This document shows positions 36,129 to 49,229 of a DNA stretch of 64,000 nucleotides, piece by piece; the stretch's first letter is position 1, and each line of letters begins with the position of its first letter. Position numbers and translations under genes: made by a program. The DNA comes from Marsupella aquatica (Eukaryota > Plantae > Marchantiophyta). The notes beneath the pieces are model-generated. The model saw only the letters and a program-made list of their open reading frames with translations. It had not been told where the DNA came from and did not search any database. The DNA is taken from NCBI GenBank assembly GCA_973895155.1, contig OZ316899.1, positions 519,573 to 583,572 of the forward strand, written 5' to 3'.

Positions 36129-37634
36129 ATGAGGGACATTTTCGTGGCCAAGGCAGGGCTGAGTGTGGAGGACGCGGAGAGAGTAGTCCCACTCCTCCAA
36201 ACGCTGATTGATGCCTCTCGGCATGAGGCAGAGAAGACTGCTGCTGCAAGCATTGCAAGTGAGAAGGAGGCAAAGAAGAGGAAGATCGAAAGAGGCAAAG
36301 AGAGGCAAGAGGGATGCAGAGGAGACACTGTCTCCAAGAAAACGAGAGAAAAAGCTTTGAAAAGAAGCTAGGGCAATTGAGAAGGTGCGATTGGAGGAGC
36401 AGAGGTGAAAGGAGGCAGAGAGAGCTCTCAGGCCTGAGCTAGCTCTCAATTCGGGTGGTGGTCCATTGCCTAAGAGCTACCATCTATTCCGAAGCCAATT
36501 CAAGCAGGTGCTGAGGGCCAATTTGGGGCCACTGGATTACTGGGGCAAGAAGAAGGAGGAAGAGAGATTGAGAATCAGAGAGCAGGTGAAGGAACGGTTC
36601 AGGAATGGGGCCTACATTGAACGGGTCATCAATGGTTTAAGGTTACATTAGGGCTATGTAGGGTGGCTTGGTTTAGGGTAGGGCACGCTAATACTAGATT
36701 TGATATTAACCTGGCCTCTATGGTTTGGATCTTTAAATTTCAGGAGCGGGAGTATGGTCGCCCTATTGCGCCGTTGGAGAGGAATTTGGCAAAGATGGAT
36801 GGACCCCGCGCTCTAAAGCGCCACCTTGAGGATGAGTTGGGAGAGGTAAGTGTTCACCCTAGGGTGACATAATGTTTAAGGTTGTCATGAATTTGTTAGA
36901 GTTATGGTCGGGACCATTCATTCTAACCGCAATTAAACCCTATTGCGTAGGATGAGGAGGGGTCTGGGTCAGAGGAGTTGGACTCAAATTATGAGCAGGA
37001 TGCTGAGGCAGGGTTGGGGAGGGTGCCCACAGTCACCCCTACTCCTCAGGTCCGAGGTGTTGTTGCCCCATCTGGTGCCGTTGCCCCATCAACAGGGAGG
37101 GGTGGGTCACATGCTGTTGATGGTGTGGGCTCCCATCGCTCTGGAGCATCACGGGGTGCGGGGCCCAGGCACTCAGGGGGTAGTAGAGGTGATGGCATGG
37201 GACGAGGCCATCGCGTAGGAGTATCTGGTGCAGGTGGCCCTTCCCGACGAGGTAGTGGCGACGTGCCGGATGGTGGATCTAGAGGGCGCGCACCATCTCG
37301 TGAGTCTGGTGGGAGTACAGCACAACATGGGCCACCCACAAGATCTGTCGGTGCACCATCCCATCACTCTAGCAGGTCGGCGGGAGGAGCTGAGGCCTCC
37401 TTTCACTCTGCCGTGTCGGGGGTTGGTGGGACATCTACCTTGCCTGACCACCCTAGCGGTGCATCTAGTGGGTCAAGGTCTAGGCCTGCATCAGGCCAAC
37501 CCATGCCATCTGGTGAGCAGGTGGCTGCCACGGCTGTGGGCAGCCAAAGGGAGGAGGGCTCTCATGATGCTAGACCTGTACCCACCCTTCGTTCTCGCCC
37601 AAAGAAGAAGAAGGGACGCAACACACCTTTTTAG
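36129..37634 (+). pseudogene. Divergently oriented second gene of CACTA-1 (charged helical region, intron, Gly/Ser-rich tail ending in basic PKKKKGR)
   Basis: ORFs 36129-36371, 36466-36651, 36663-36872 and 36978-37634; donor GTAAGT near 36846 and acceptor near 36950; a positional counterpart exists in CACTA-2. Confidence 0.55.
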
Positions 37635-40252
37635 AGGTTAGTTGCATTTAGGTGGGTATCTAGTGCTAGACAGCTTTGATTAGACACTCACTAGGAGGTA
37701 CCTTGTATATAGCTAGTGTAGTCTCTAGTCAAAGCTCTCTTTAAATCTTCTATCGTGCCATCACGACCAGGAGGGGTCTACCCGGTAGGCCTAATCCATT
37801 TTGTACATATTGGGGTGATCCCCTTTTTGAATATGATATTTTGACCTCGTGTTTATAGCATTATCTTTGGTTCCTAATTGGTGTATGTCACCTTCAACCC
37901 CAAACCAATACCCAAACCCCCAAAAAACCACCCATGAAACCCTGTATTCCACCCCCAGAACATTTGATAATCCATTGCAAGTCCGTTACCATCCGTATTG
38001 GTAATATAGCAGTGTCCAATGCTGCTGCCTTCAAACTTTCCCATCCCCAACGCATTGGACCCCTCCTTCAAGGTTCCCATCTTAAATCTATCGGATAGTC
38101 CGATACAAAAAATAACACACTTTCCGTTTTGATAAATAACGCAATGTCCGATACATTCAATGACATATTGGATATGAAATCTATCGGACATCCCGATTTA
38201 AATAGGATCGGACATAGGAAATCGTCGTGTGCCGTCGCGTGTTAGTTATCCAATTTGTTTTACATTGGACCTAAAATATCCATAACACGTTACAATGGAA
38301 CTTCCGTTGCCCAAAATATCGGAAAGTCCGATGGAAGTCCGATGGTCGATATGCGATGGTTTGGGCATTGCAAAGTGCGTTGGGAATTGCATCGGATGAT
38401 AGAAATTTTTGCGTCAATTTTCCTGAAGGGATCCGATGTAAATCCTATCGAATAAAGGCCCAAAAATGTACTAGTGCATGCAGGGAGACAGGGAGGTAAT
38501 GTTGCTCTTACTATGATCACAGATCCTAAGGACGCTAAGATTGTTCAATTGAAGCAACAACTAGCTGCTATGGCTAGTTCTTAGGTGAGACCTACTTCTG
38601 GTGATGGGGCTTCTACATCCTATAGAGCTTCCACATCTTATGGGGTTGATGGAGATCTTGCCACCATGGGATTCATGTGTGGCATTGCACACATTGATGC
38701 ATCAGCAGCTTTGACGCGTGAGGCAACAAAAGCCCTTGAACCCAGAGGAGGAGTTGTGGAGTTGGATTCTCAAAGAGGGATGTTTGGCATCAAACCAGGC
38801 ATCAAACAAAGCTTTCCAAGTCTTTTACATTGTCATAGACAATTAAGACTGCCTCTAAGAACCCGATTTGGACAAACCCTGGTGTGGGTAAGTTGGCATA
38901 ATCACATGATGTTGCAACAGGGATGACAAGTACCTTGTTGGGGGCAGCTACCACCATAGTGCGCACCCCATTATTTTCAGTGATAGATATGTTGACATTT
39001 GGGGTTGGTCCAACTAATGTGTCGTATGATAGGAAGAACAAAAAGTAGTAAACCCTAAACGGAATTTGATCCCTTAAAGAACAGATTCAAAGTAAATTGA
39101 ATGATTTAACAAATTTGGATGGTTTAGAGCTCTTGCTCTAAAACTTTCAATCTCAGACAAAGAATAAAATTAACAAAACACAAGGAAAAGATAACTCTTG
39201 AGTTATAAATCCAAAAGGAAGAAGAAATCTATGATTAGATTGGTTTTAACATGTTAATGTCACTCCTTCAGAAAGGACTATGGACTCAATATAGACAAAA
39301 TTAAACCTATCAAATCAGATTCTTTGTTTTCTACTGGAATCATAAAGATGAAAAAAATAAAAGGATTCTCTTGCTCACCAAATCCACAATACATTTCTGG
39401 TTGATTTATTGAGATATGTATTAAAATGCCGTTAACATGGTTTGATTGTCGACAATACACAATTTAAATCAAACTCTAATACATATGCCAAAGTAAATCA
39501 ACGGTACTATGATACTCTGAAGATGGAATTTTGCTCCTTCAATTCAATCATCTATTCTCAAATTAGCTGACGAATCTTGACACAACAAGCAAGCTTAGCA
39601 GTGAATTTGATAAGAATCTCAAAAGGTTGTGATTAAAAATTCAGTCACTAGAAGGAATCTCCTGAATTCATTCACAATTGATAACACATGCTTGACTTCC
39701 ATACAAGACATCCTTGTTAAAATGGAAGGTGGAAAACTTATTCAGAATCTCTTTCTAAATAAAGTGTGTCCCCCCAAAGATGGATAAACTGAGGGCTCTT
39801 ATAGGTGTAAACTTCTAATAAAGGAAATTGAAGGGGTGTAACTTTTCAAATCTCAAATATCCAAAAGGGTAGTCTAAAAAAAGATGGAGTGTGAAAAATG
39901 CAGTGGATGCTTCAGAAAGCATCATGTTTGAGGCGGAAGCTTTACAAAGCGTCGATGTTTTTGGTAAAACAAATAAACAGTGACTTTATCAGAATTTTAA
40001 CTTCTAAACTAAAAGTCAGAATGAGGTGAAACTTTTCTAAGGTACTCTACTACATATAATCTCTATGCTAGCAAAGTTTCAAACTTGTCTAAGAGCTCTA
40101 TGTGCTTCAAATAAATTGGTAAAAGTGTCGCAATGCTATAACAAGGGAAAACCAATTTTTTTCTCAGTGTCACAAGTTTAGTGGACGTGAGGCGTCCAAA
40201 ATACAAAGGAACTTTTGTGGACGCTGCAAAAAGTGTCCAAAATTTGCATGTC

Positions 40253-42765
40253 TGAAGGTTCGTGCTACACATGTGACGCCATGGGCCATCAAAGTAAGGA
40301 TTGCCCCTCAATTACGCGACCATACATGGACCCCAGTTGAAAATTACGCAGGCTGAAGGTTCAAGCTACACATGTGGCGCCATGGGCCATCAAAGTAAGG
40401 ACTGCCCCTCGAAGGGGGGCAAGCTGAGCGGAGATGGAGGGCAGAAGGGCATTAAGGTAAGTATCGCTCTAACCGAATCCTTCGTAGTTGATGAGGTCCT
40501 TGTAGGGGATGTTCCTGCCGGAGAGAAGGTGTTATGGCGAGAGAAGATACCTAAGGTTAAGACAATGGATCATGAAAAGCTTATTTTTGTGAATGTTACT
40601 TCTGACGGTAATATGGGTGTTGCTTTGGTGGATATAGGCGCGATCGCTTGCTTCATAAGTGGGTAGGCGGCGACACGTCTTGGGGTGGATGTCCAAGAGT
40701 TGCTACAACCATTAGTGTGCAATTTTGCCAACGACACGAAAGGGATAGTGTCGAGAGTGGTGCATAGACTTTGGGTAGAGATCATAGGCAAACAACAAAA
40801 TTTTGTTAGTCAAGAGGTGTTCTATGTTCTAGACGGTTTAGCCGTAGACTTCATTTTGTCTACCATTATCTCAGAAAGCACAATGTTACCTTGAAACCGG
40901 GGGAGGAAGTGCTCCATTTTCCCAATAAGGGCGGTGAGCCCATCTTTGTACCCAAAATTACCAAAAATAAAGAAAGATTTCTTAAAGTAAGTAAAGTGTA
41001 TCGGCGAAGCAATGGTGGAAAGACTTCAAGGGTGGACAAGAATGTTTCTTCTTTCATCTCCACCCAGTTAAGGAGGCTGCTTTGCAATTGAAGGTTAAGT
41101 CAACTAAGGTTGGGCCCGACTACAGTCCTGAAATTCTAGAGGAATTCAATGACATGCTCTCGCAAAAGCTACCTAAAGGTTTACCCCCGCGGAGAGAAGT
41201 GGATCACCAAGTTGAGTTGGAGCCAGGTTTGGCTCCTCAGACTAAAGCTCCTTACCGTCTAAACATGAATGAACGAATGATGTTGAAGAACGCCTTGGAA
41301 GAGTTGATCGACCAAGGGTTCATTCGTCTTGGTAAGAGTCCTTATGGGGCGCCTGCGCTGTTTGTGTCCAAAAGGGATGGTACTTTGAGATTGTGCACAG
41401 ATTATTGGGTCCTCAATAAGCAAACGGTAAAGAATAAGTACCCGTTACTTCATATGGATGACCTCTTTGATTGCCTCTCCGGGGCTAAGGAATTTTTCTA
41501 AGGTGGACTTGTGATCTGGGTATTACCAGATCCGCATGGCTAAGGGAGACGAGTATAAGACCACAATGCGCACAAGGTTTGGATCCTATGAATTTTTGGA
41601 TATGCCGTTGGGGCTGTGTAATGCAACCGCAACGTTCATGAAGATGATGAATACCATCTTTCATGACTTGTTGGACCAAGGAGTGGTCATATTTATTGAC
41701 GACATCCTAATCTACTCAAAAATGTTGGAGGAACATGAGCAGTTGCTTAGAGAAGTGTTCTCTCACCTTCGTAAGGCTCATCTCTTTGCTAAACCTAGCA
41801 ATTGCAAGTTTGCGATGAACGAGATACAGTTCCTTGGCCATACCTTTACCCCGGAGAGGATAACGCCTAGTCAGAACAAGCTTAAGGAGATCAAAGAATG
41901 AGAGCGTTTGTCCAATGTAAGGCAAGTTAGAGCCTTCATAGGATTTACAAGGTTCTATCGGAGATACATGAAAGACTATGCAAGCATTGCAAGGCCCTAA
42001 ACACGCTAACGTTGAAAAACAAAGTGTTTGTGTGGACACAAGATTGTGAGTTAGCATTCCTAGAACTAAGCGGCTAATGATAATGTCGTCGGTTCTAAAG
42101 TTACCTGCGATGGGGAAGCCGTTTGAGATTTGGACAAACACAAGTGATTATGCCATTGGGCCTGTCTTCACCATGATGGGCGTCCTATGGCCTTTGAGTC
42201 ATGTAAGTTGGAAAATAATTGTATCACACCGGAAAGGGAAATGTATGCACTGATCTATGCGTTGAAGAAGTGGGAGATTTACCTTAAGAATGGTCCCAAA
42301 GTGGTAATACACACAAATAGCTTGCCGACCGGGTACTTAAATTCTAAGCCAAGGCTGAACCCCAAGGAAATGCGCTGGCAGATGTTCTTGGCGGATTTTG
42401 ATTTCGAAGGCTATCACGTTTCAGGGAAGACAAACACGACAGCTGATGCGTTATTGCATAAGGACCATCATCGTGTCAATGAGATCACGATGCTCAAAAC
42501 CGAGTGGCCAAAGGTTCTGGCCAAGGTGTATGGGGATGACAGGTTAGCTAAGGAATGGCAAAACAATGGGGGTAGCCTAGGCAATGTAAGGCACATTTTG
42601 TTGGGGTTGGATACCGCGCATAATGTCCAATTATGGCGATACAAGTAGAGGTGTGTGTACATCCCAAAGTCCCTAAGGTTAGAGGTTCTACAAAAGTACC
42701 ACGACTTGCCCTGGGGAGGGCATGGCAGACAAGCTGCTACGTATCGTAGCATGTCGCGAGATGTG
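40253..42765 (+). pseudogene. pol: Internal fragment of a family-C-like chromovirus (knuckle-PR-RT-RH-start of IN), decayed
   Basis: Colinear with ~11065-13490; the knuckle segment is tandemly duplicated (~40253-40305 and ~40352-40410). Confidence 0.88.
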
Positions 42766-43106
42766 GAAAGCCTTTTTTGAGGAAGTATTCTAAGGAGTAT
42801 TAAATCTACATTTTTCAAATCTTTTGAAGCATTTTAAGTGACAAAATGAAGTCACTTAGAGAAGATGAAGGAGTTAAGGACATAAGAAGATCAGTTTAAC
42901 CAACAAACTATTTCGACAAATCATTTTCACATCTGAAGAATCGCTCAGGCGTTTTAAGTTGGATTTTGATTCAACTTTTCTTAAACCGTTTTCTCTCCCT
43001 TGTCCTAAATTGAGCTCATTAGATAACATTTAGCTTAGCTAAACTAGTTTAGCCATCATTGGGAATCTTAGCTTAGGAAAGTAGTTAGAACTACTCACCT
43101 TTTCAG

Positions 43107-45953
43107 ATCCGGGGAGGACTTAGATGAATGAGACTTGTGGGCAATGAGACGTGGCACTAGCGAAGGCAAGGAGCCAAGCTGGTCACACACATTAAGGACT
43201 TAGGCTAGCTGAGTCGGGTCAAGGGGAAAAGGGGTCGGGCTCAAGGTTGACCGTCCGGACCCGCGGATGGACTTTCAGTTTTGAGGGCTTGAGGTTGAGC
43301 TCCTCTTGGGCCCAAGGCCAATGGAGTTGACGCCATGGGCAACGGACACTTGGGGCGTGAGTTATGGCCCAATCCGGGTTTGGCCAATCGGGGACTCCAA
43401 GTGGTGATGAGACCTGAGGGCCTAGGCATGAGCACTGGATCAGCTTGATCACAACGAGCTAAGGCACTCCGCTTGCGGACGCCTAACGAGAAAGTTATGA
43501 GCGTTGTTAGTTGGTGGCGCGCAGTGGTGGACCTAGCCACCCAGCACCCTCACCAATCCCAGCACTCACGCTTAAGTGCCCTTGGTGCCTGAAAGCCTCC
43601 ACGGAATACCTTGAGCAAGCACCCTAGTGCCCCTTGCACCACCAGCGGCCCCTCCCATATGAAGCCGCACTTGCTCTCCAACACGACCGCTACTCAACAG
43701 TCCTCACTGTCTGCACAAGCACCTTGGTAAGTAACCCTTTAGGATCTAGAACTTGCCAAGTCTAGCATCCTAACTCAAGCTCAACAGACATTGGTAAATA
43801 GGTCAGCGATAGGTCCTCCCCATGCCATAAGCCGGAACCAAAACCCCCGCCCACTGTTTGTCCAAAACATTTCCTTCCTTGGGCGCGGCCCGGGTTCCCC
43901 CTTGTACCTATCCATCACCAACTGACCGCCCTGACCTCAGGACATGCTCATGGCCCAAATAGCATAGTTTGTCCTAAAGCTTGTCCCAAGCTTGTCCCAA
44001 CACGCTGGGACCAGAATGGCCCCGACTCTAGCAACCAACTCCCGATTCACCTCACTGATGGTCTAGGGGCCAAACAATCTTGGAACTCAACCTCCACACC
44101 TACTTGGCCTTGCTTCCCCAACACAATCTCCCTTGGGAGACTAAACGCGGCTTGGCTGCTGTTCGGTAGGATTTGGCAAGCGGACGAGTTAACACCCGCA
44201 AACCCTTAGAACCCATGGTGCCCCAAACCCAGATGAGCTAAGGAGGGCGTAGCCCATGTTGAGATATTTCCAACGCACCCAAGAAGTCCTCCAACGGACT
44301 TCCCGTTGGGGAGATATCGTCGTTTCTGTTTGGCAGTTTCCCTTAGTATCGCGACCGCCGCGGCTCACAACTTTGGCTCGCCCTTAGCCCCCAGGCAGAC
44401 ACCACTCCCCTCATATATGCTTTTGGAGACCTGCCACCCCCGGACCAACTTTGGTCCCTAAACATTTGGCCCCCAACCCGAATCCTATTGCGCATAATTG
44501 GCGCACCACCAACTGGCAATGCCCATAACTTTCTCGTTAGGCATCCGCAAGCGGAGTGCCTTTTCCCGTTGTGATCAGGCCAACCCAGTGCTCATGCCTA
44601 GGCCCTAAAGTCTCATCGCCGCTGAGCCCCCCCGATCGGGCCATAATTTGCGCCCCAAGTGTTCGTTGCCCATGGTGTCAACTCCATTGGCCTTGGGCCC
44701 AAGAGGAGCTCCCACTCAAGCCCTCACAACTCAAAGTCCATCCAAAGGTCCGGACGGTCGTCCTTGAGCCCGACCCATTTTCCCTTGACCCGACCAGCTC
44801 TCAACTAGTCCAAGTCCTTAGTGTGTGTCACCAGCTTGGCTCCTTGCCTTCGCTAGCGCCACGTCTCGTTGCCCACAAGTCTCCCCATGCTAAGTCCTCC
44901 CCAGATGGCCTATCCGGGCCTGGACCATAAGGGAGCTTGGCGTCGGAGTCAGCGACGCTGGAGCTAAGTGTTAAGGTAGTCGAGTTCCGTGACTCGCGCC
45001 CAGTATGTGTCATACGGTCCGAGTTGGGGACCAAAAGTTTAGGGACCAATGTTGGTCCGGGGGTGGCAGGTCTCCAGAAGCATATATGAGGGGAGTGGTG
45101 TCTTCTTGCGGGCTAAGGGCAAGCCGAAGTTGTGAGCCGCGGCGGTCACGACACTAAGGGAAAGTGCCAAACGGAAACGACGATATTTTCCCAACAGGAA
45201 GTCCATTGGAGGGCTTCTTGGGTGCATTAGAAAGCTTTCTCCTGAGCTCAGCTGATTTGGGGGTGCCATGGGTGTTGGGGTTTGCGGGTGTTAGCTTGCT
45301 TGCTTGCCAAATCCTATCAAAATAGTAGCCAAGCCGCGTTAAATCTCCCAAGGGCGTTGGGGAGGCAAAGCCAAGCAGGCGTGGAGGTAGAGTTCCAAGG
45401 GTGTTTGACCCTAGACCATCAGTGGGGCGAGAACCAAGAGTTGGTTGCTAGAGTCAGGCCCATTCTGGTCCCAACGTGTTGGGACAAGCTTTAGGGCAAG
45501 CTATGCTATTTGGGCCATGAGCATGTCCTAGGGTCAAGGTGGTTAGTTGGTGATGGATAGATACAAGGGGAACCCAGACCGCGCCCAAGGAAGGAACTAT
45601 TTTAGACGAACAATGGGTGTGGGTTTTGGTTCCGACTTATGGCATCGAGAGGACCTATTGCTAACCTACTTACCAATGTCTATTGAGCTTGAGTTAGGAT
45701 GCTAGACTTGGGGAGATCTAGATCTTGAAGGGTTACTTATCGAGACGCTTGGTTGCTTGCACAGACAGTGAGGACCGTTGAGTAGCAGTCGTGTGGGAGA
45801 GCAAGTGCGGCTTTGTATGGGAGGGGCCGCTGGTGGTGCAAAAAGACACAATGTTACTTGCTCGAGGCATTCCGTGGAGGCGTTCAGGCACCAAGGGCCC
45901 TTAGACGTGGGTGCTGGGATTAGTGTGGGTGTTGGGTGGCAAGGTCTACCACT
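43107..45953 (+). repeat. 5'-truncated family-C LTR split by an opposite-orientation solo LTR
   Basis: 43107-43522 plus 45000-45953 is colinear with ~8082-9478; ends CTACCACT at 45953. Confidence 0.82.
43523..44994 (-). mobile_element. Solo family-C LTR nested in another family-C LTR
   Basis: Termini AGT...ACT; TSD CGCGC at 43518-43522 and 44995-44999. Confidence 0.9.
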
Positions 45954-46050
45954 CAACGGCCCTGGCCCAAATCACCAAAGCCAAAGCCCAGACAGCCTTC
46001 GCCACACAAGCCGGAGCCGGGAAGGATGTGGAGATCGCGCGGCTTGCTTT

Positions 46051-46207
46051 TGATAGTTCCACATTGGATACAGAGTCAGACACAAGCTTGTCTGAGGAAG
46101 AGGTTCCTCCACCCCCTCCTCCAGACCCTCCTCGTGCTCGGCCACTAGGACCCATACCTTGTTGGTGTGTGAGATGTAAGGGACTTGTGGTCCGACATGC
46201 CTGGGAG
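46051..46207 (+). pseudogene. Orphan fragment of the CACTA-1-type first exon
   Basis: DSST..SDTS..EEEVPPPPPPD...PLGPIPCWCVRCKGLVVRHAWE, near-identical to ~34195-34345 reversed. Confidence 0.8.
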
Positions 46208-46599
46208 TGTCGTGGAGGGTAACTCACAAGTAGCACACAACCTAAGCAAAGATATTGCTATCTCTACCAGTTCGTTCCCATGGAAGAGCTTAGGGTGGGA
46301 CCACAAGCGGAAGATGGATGAACAGACTTTTTGGAAACCAAACGAAACCCCACCTCTATCTTCCAAGAGGCTGGAGAGCTTTCTCCACTTCAAAACAACA
46401 AACTACAACAACAAAACAACAAGACCTAACTCTCCACAAGGACCCCCTCTTCATGAGAGTGCCAAATTTACTAAAATTCTTTACACAAGATGACCAGGGA
46501 AAACCTGTAAGAAATCACCCTGCTAAAAGCTCACTGGAACAAACCATGTTGTTGGGGTCACATCAGCTCCTCCTACTATCAATTGGTTTGCAGGATGAA

Positions 46600-47350
46600 A
46601 CTAGGGGCTGAGCCCATTGGTCCCGACTGCAACTGAATCTCAAGCACCCAAGTTTCAACAGCCTTTGGCCAAATCAATACTTCTTATCACCTCCCAGCTC
46701 TGAAGTTCAGATTGTCACTCCTGGGGATGTCTACTAACTCTAGCCAATAGAACAACCAAATTAGGACAGCAAAACACACATGGCAAGAAGGTTGCACTTC
46801 GAGATTTGACGACCAGGGAAAATTTGTAATCGCTTTGCCAAAAGCCCAACAACTAGAGACACCAATAACCATAAGGAATTGCCAACATATTATTCTCTCC
46901 TCATTGAACTTCTAGAAAATCAACCAGATTGGGTACAAAGTAACAACCAGGTACTTGATCCCTCTAAAGCTCACTTCTCATGCCAACTACAGAATTGGAA
47001 TCATAGCAAAGGATGCAAGAAAAATAGACTTTATGTAACATCATAAATTTTCCTGATACAAAGGGAACCTCTGTCTAGGGTCCTTCTCCTCACTTCTCTA
47101 CAACTCTAGGATCATATGCTTATTGATCTTAGTTTCCACTCCATGTGGGTAAAGTTTTTACTTAAGTAACAAGGCATTTGTCTCCCAACACAAGAAACTA
47201 CAATCTTTAAATACTTTTCAACCACTCCAATCCACTCCAATCCAAACCTCACCATGGGCTTAGTGTTCCCTTCTCTCACTAGCTCCTAATCAAGCTTCTA
47301 ACCTTCATTGAAACTCTCATCCACTGATTCAAATCAATGAATCAAATTTC
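46600..47350 (-). pseudogene. Degenerate L1-type LINE RT C-terminal remnant
   Basis: KSIFL...P...EVSFRGIKYLVVTL resembles the N..KS...KYLG region of L1 RT; many stops. Confidence 0.4.
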
Positions 47351-49229
47351 GCGCAAAAAAACCGGAAGCTGCAGACCCCCCTTCGGCATTTGCTTTTTCT
47401 TTCACCAACCAGACCTTGATTGGTGCTCATACTTTTTGAGAAGGTGCGCCTACTTTTCTTCTACCTCCACACCAAATTTGAGCCAATTTGGTTGAGCAAA
47501 TGTTGCTCTAGAAAATATTTACCGTTATTGATTTTCTCTATTAACACTACTACACTATCATCCATTTTTGCAAACCCAAAAATATCGCAACTAACAAAGA
47601 ACTCTACATCAAGAATTCTACGTGTTGCGATTAAACGCGCATTGCAATACCTTCGCCACTTGCGAACCTAAATGCTTCGCAATTGGAGCATTGCAACACC
47701 ATCACAATGACTTCGCAATTACCCAACCACATAGCCTCGTAATTTGCCATACCTGTGCGATGTTTTGCATATCGCATGCAGTTCGCAAAGCCCCACACCA
47801 ACGCCGCTGCGGTTGTTCAAATTTGTGAACGCTTTTGCTTTGCAGATAGTTTGCGGTATTAGTTGACTCAGAATCTGAGATACTTTTAGGTTCATAAGTT
47901 GCCGTTTCATTTGTATCGCAAATACTGGAGTGTTTTGCTTCAAATAGAACGAATCAATTGCGTTCGCAATTAGCAAAGAGAGAAGAATGGGATAGTTGTG
48001 AACTAGATTGAATGTAAAAGTGTGATGCAATGTTGCTCACAAGTTGCGAGGTAAATGAGCTGGTTAGTTTTGAAGTTTAGGAATTCTCAACCGGTTCGCA
48101 ATTGTTTGAAAGCACAAGCTTCAATAAACATTTTGCAAGGTATTCCTCTTGGGTATGGATCCAATGTATTGGAAGGCAAAATTGGTGTTTATAAGATGAG
48201 AAATAGGTGCATGTACAAAATGTAGGAGTTCAAGGAACCCTATTCTTAAGAAGGGTGGCATATGTGATGCCAAGTGGACCCTACTAACCATATCCTACCT
48301 CTTCCTATCCTAAGCTCTTACATGGCTAATCACTCAAACTTACTAAAATGGGCTCTTTCTACCCCTCTTGGCCGGCTTCTTGCCCTTATCCTTTCGGGAA
48401 CGTATATCCTGTTGCTAACGGGTGTGCAGGGCCCGTGGGTGCTCCTGCTTGTCCTCATGCTCCTGCTTGTCCTCCTTCTCCTGCCCCTCCTGCTCATCCT
48501 CATTGTCGTCACCTGCCTCCTGCTCCCCCTCATCATCAACCTGTCTCGCTGACGCAAGACTAGTGCGACTGCCACGATGGGATGAACCGCCCTCATGGCT
48601 ACTGTCTCCCCCCTGAGCACCACTAGTAAGGGGCTGATCCTCATCATCACTACTGCTCACCCAAATCCTGCATCCATATACTCAATGAGTTTATGCAAAA
48701 TTAAAGGGTCCCCAACAATGTTTGCATGAAAACTAAAAAATTGTCAAAACTAAGATACTCACAGTAGCCAACTCGACATCTACCATCGCAAAGAGGTACT
48801 TTTGTCCGTGCTCCATTGCTGTCTCAATATGTGCCTTTGATATCTTTCTCTTGTATTTCCGGTACTGTCATGCATGCCACCAAAAATTAAACACAAAAAA
48901 ATAAAACCTAACTTATAACCTAAAACTCACCCTAATTAAACCCCACAAAAGCAAACCTCATTCCAAGGGAATTCATAAACTTTGCGAAGCTAATAGGTTG
49001 ACAACATGCGAAGGCCAATATTTTGCAAACTCATTGCGATGTCCGTTGCGATGCGCGTTCCTTCGCAACGGGTTCGCAATTGGGGAAAAACAAAAGTCCA
49101 TAATAGAGTTTGCGAACAGGTTGCGAAGGGATATGCATCGCAACAGGTTTGCAAACTATTTTCCCGAGAGTTTTTAAAAAGGTGCCCGAAATTCTAAGTG
49201 TTAGACATGACCTAAAACAATACACAAGC

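Larger units (their letters stand above)
28916..38476 (-). mobile_element. CACTA/En-Spm DNA transposon (CACTA-1), complete, 9561 bp
   Basis: 14-bp TIR CACTAGTACATTTT / AAAATGTACTAGTG; 3-bp TSD CAT (28913-28915, 38477-38479); subterminal TCCGATA/TATCGGA repeats; transposase inside. Confidence 0.95.

Noticed and set aside
38802-39041. Protein-like 79-aa minus-strand ORF
   Set aside because: Overlaps the decayed gag-D continuation on the other strand and has no identifiable motif.
39050-40250. AT-rich LTR-like sequence (also 42770-43100)
   Set aside because: No termini, TSD or second copy could be defined, so it is left unannotated.
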